DNA of 64,000 nucleotides from Macrostomum hystrix (Eukaryota; Animalia; Platyhelminthes), in NCBI GenBank assembly GCA_950097015.1, contig CATNEN010000038.1:22692001-22756000 (forward strand). Direction: 5' to 3'. The position numbers and the translations under genes are program-made. Under the pieces are notes generated by a model that worked only from the letters and a program-made list of their open reading frames with translations, searched no databases and had not been told where the DNA came from. The stretch's first letter is position 1, and the number at the start of each line of letters is the position of its first letter. Shown piece after piece: positions 60,811 through 64,000 of the stretch.

Positions 60811-61419
60811 ATTTTCCTTCCCCTCTCGTGGATCTGTAAAAGTCCCCTGCGTATGAGGAAAATTGTTCTCAAATTTTTTGTGCTCAGTTACTAATTCAAA
60901 GTGTGGGGATTTTTCTAAGAAACAGCTGCGAATCATAGAGTGCCTTCACTATTGGTGCATAATCAAATCTTGCCCGACCTTAGCTAGGGGGATACATACT
61001 GAAATTTTCGTCTCTTTAAGTTATGAAATTATTTCCAATTCATTTTTTCTCTAGCCGTCAATTTTTTCTTTTGTTGCTTCTGGCAGTTTTTTTGGCGAGT
61101 GTTAGCTATTCAATTGTTCTTTTTCACTTAGAGGAACACTTAGTCCCAGTATTAAACTTTCACACCTATTTCTATAAGTGTATAGTTACTATAGTTGAGA
61201 TTATTAAAGAAAGGCGGGGCATTGTATTAGAGACTTCTTTTGTCTGCTTTATTAACTATTCTATATGCCAGAGCAGTAATGTAGAATTCTTTTGAGCATA
61301 GTAAAGTGGCTTGTGTGTGAGGCAGTTTGTCAAAGTTGCACTTGCCATGTGGCTCTGCGTCTGGCTGGGGTCGGCAAACTTGTGCGTCTCGCAGGCCACA
61401 GAAAGACTCCAAGAGACTT

Positions 61420-62692
61420 TGACTTTGGAGATATAAGACATGGGAGATATGAGACTTGGGAGATATAAGACATGGGAGATATGAGACTTGGGAGATATAA
61501 GACTTGGGAGAGATGAGACTTGGGAGAGATGAGAAACGGGAGAGAAGAGACTTGGGAGAGATGAGACACGGGAGAGATGAGACTTGGGAGAGATGAGACT
61601 TAGAAGAGATGAGACATGGGAGATATGAGACTTGGGAGAGATAAGACAGGGGAGATATGAGACTTGGGAGAGATAAGACGGGAGAGATAAGACAGGGGAG
61701 ATATGAGACTTGGGAGAGATGAGACTTGGGAGAGATGAGACACGGGAGAGAAGAGACTTAGGAGAGATGAGACTTGGGAGAGATGAGACTTGGGAGAGAT
61801 GAGTCTTGGGAGAGATGAGACTTGGGAGAGATGAGACATGGGAGATATGAGACTTGGGAGATATGAGACTTGGGAGAGATGAGACTTGGGAGATATGAGA
61901 CTTAGGAGAGATGAGACTTGGGAGAGATAAGACGGGAGAGATAAGACAGGGGAGAGATGAGATACGGGAGAGATAAGACTTAGAGTGATGAGACAGGGGA
62001 GAGATGAGACTTGGGAGAGATGAGACACGGGAGAGAAGAGACTTGGGAGAGATGAGACTTAGAGTGATGAGACACGGGAGAGATTAGACTTAGAGTTATG
62101 AGACAGGGGGGAGATGAGACATAGAGTGATGAAACACGGGAGAGATGAGACTTAGAGTGATGAGACACGGGAGAGATGAGACTTAGGAGAGATGAGACTT
62201 GGGAGAGATGAGTCTTGGGAGAGATGAGACTTGGGAGAGATGAGACATGGGAGATATGAGACTTGGGAGATATGAGACTTGGGAGAGATAAGACGGGAGA
62301 GATAAGACAGGGGAGAGATGAGATACGGGAGAGATAAGACTTAGAGTGATGAGACAGGGGAGAGATGAGACTTGGGAGAGATGAGACACGGGAGAGAAGA
62401 GACTTGGGAGAGATGAGACTTAGAGTGATGAGACACGGGAGAGATGAGACATAGAGTGATGAGACACGGGAGAGATGAGACTTAAAGTGATGAGACACGG
62501 GAGAGATGAGACTTAGAGTGATGAGACACGGGAGAGATGAGACTTAGAGTTATGAGACAGGGGGGAGATGAGACATAGAGTGATGAAACACGGGAGAGAT
62601 GAGACTTAAAGTGATGAGACACGGGAGAGATGAGACTTAGAGTGATGAGACACGGGAGAGATGAGACTTAGAGTGACGAGACACGGGAGAGA
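61420..62692. repeat. GAGATGAGAC(TT/AC)GGG-family minisatellite
   Basis: Tandem 16-bp units. Confidence 0.95.
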
Positions 62693-63157
62693 AAATTGAG
62701 ATCGGGATAATTCGAATCTATACTAGACCAACATCTTCGACTTTCGTTTAACAAATGTATATTCAAACTGGCAAAAAGCTGAAACTGGTCAGTAACCGCA
62801 GAGTTTGGCAAGAATTTAGATTTTCCAAATGCTAGATCCAGAGCTCCATGACCAGACCCTATCCAAAGCGCCCAGTTCTCTTCCACATGTCTGCACAATT
62901 TTCAAGCTGAATTTTTTTTCTAGTTATTTGCCACGGAGAGAGAAAAAACGTGGCTTCTATTGGTCCGTTGGTTGTTTGGTCCGCGGGACATTGTTCGGTA
63001 GGATAGGGGTTGGTCGTGACGCATTCTGACTGCCTTGTGACACCTATGGGGCACTTATATGTAGATTTTAATAAAAGCCTCTCAACTGGAGTATAGATTT
63101 CACTTTTTCTATTTTAAAGCTTTCAAAACTTTTTAACAGCAGTTTATATGCTTATCA

Positions 63158-63320
63158 ATGATTGTCAACTTCATTTCAGACAAGGCCACTAGCCGATGTC
63201 AATTGAGACTAGCAACATTACTTTCCTTCTATTGTTCTTCATTGTTCATTGTTGCTTTGTGGCAAGTTGACTTATTGGCCCAGCCAGCAAAAGCTGAGTC
63301 TGTTTTCATTGCTGGAAATG
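63158..63320 (+). CDS. Possible first coding exon of a secreted or membrane protein (signal-peptide-like); gene would continue beyond the window
   Basis: Hydrophobic LATLLSFYCSSLFIVALW followed by PAKA-ES (AxA cleavage-like) and a strong donor ATG|gtaagt at 63320/63321, leading into a minisatellite-filled intron. No homology recognised. Confidence 0.35.
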
Positions 63321-63339
63321 GTAAGTCTATTGTAATTCT

Positions 63340-64000
63340 GTACCTTCAGTTGTTAGTGATTCTGTAGCTTCAGTTAGTGATTGTGTAGCTTCAGTTGTTA
63401 GTGATTGAGTAGCTTCAGTTAGTGATTCTGTAGCTTCAGTTGTTAGTGATTGAGTAGCTTCAGTTGTTAGTGATTGTGTAGCTTCAGTTGTTAGTGATTG
63501 TGTAGCTTCAGTTAGTGATTCTGTAGCTTCAGTTAGTGATTCTGTAGCTTCAGTTGTTAGTGATTGAGTAGCTTCAGTTGTTAGTGATTGTGTAGCTTCA
63601 GTTGTTAGTGATTGTGTAGCTTCAGTTGTTAGTGTTTGAGTAGCTTCAGTTGTTAGTGATTGAGTAGCTTCAGTTGTTAGTGATTGTGTAGCTTCAGTTG
63701 TTAGTGATTGTGTAGCTTCAGTTGTTAGTGATTGAGTAGCTTCAGTTGTTAGTGATTGAGTAGCTTCAGTTGTTAGTGATTGAGTAGCTTCAGTTGTTAG
63801 TGATTGAGTAGCTTCAGTTGTTAGTGATTGTGTAGCTTCAGTTGTTAGTGATTGTGTAGCTTCAGTTGTTAGTGATTGTGTAGCTTCAGTTGTTAGTGAT
63901 TGTGTAGCTTCAGTTGTTAGTGATTGTGTAGCTTCAGTTGTTAGTGATTGAGTAGCTTCAGTTGTTAGTGATTGTGTAGCTTCAGTTGTTAGTGATTGTG
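63340..64000. repeat. 24/21-bp minisatellite (tagcttcagttgttagtgattg(a/t)g)n, runs off window end
   Basis: Direct tandem units. Confidence 0.95.

Overview
Intron-containing animal genomic DNA with no prokaryotic features. By eye about 40% is minisatellite, and most long entries in the ORF track are repeat read-through artefacts. Seven spliced genes can be built from splice sites and protein motifs: TMEM41A (+), tryptophan hydroxylase (-), Nemo-like kinase (-), and a co-oriented + strand run of CTDNEP1/Dullard, a type I PRMT (PRMT6-like), mitochondrial Asn-tRNA synthetase (NARS2) and HDAC8. A possible signal-peptide exon of an eighth gene lies near the right end. The main observation: PRMT, NARS2 and HDAC8 have no usable genomic ATG, and each reading frame starts in phase 0 immediately after a 3' splice acceptor. 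This fits a polycistronic (operon-like) unit resolved by spliced-leader trans-splicing, with the leader's terminal AUG supplying the initiator Met as in flatworms. The minisatellite-rich genome and HDAC8 sequence also suggest a flatworm such as Macrostomum (inference). Other items: a minisatellite made of tandem splice acceptors in front of PRMT, two consecutive GC-AG introns in CTDNEP1, a sharply CpG-depleted 1.8 kb block, a Crypton-like tyrosine recombinase relic, mosaic tRNA-derived SINEs, and a minisatellite that appears inserted into a SINE with a 5-bp duplication.
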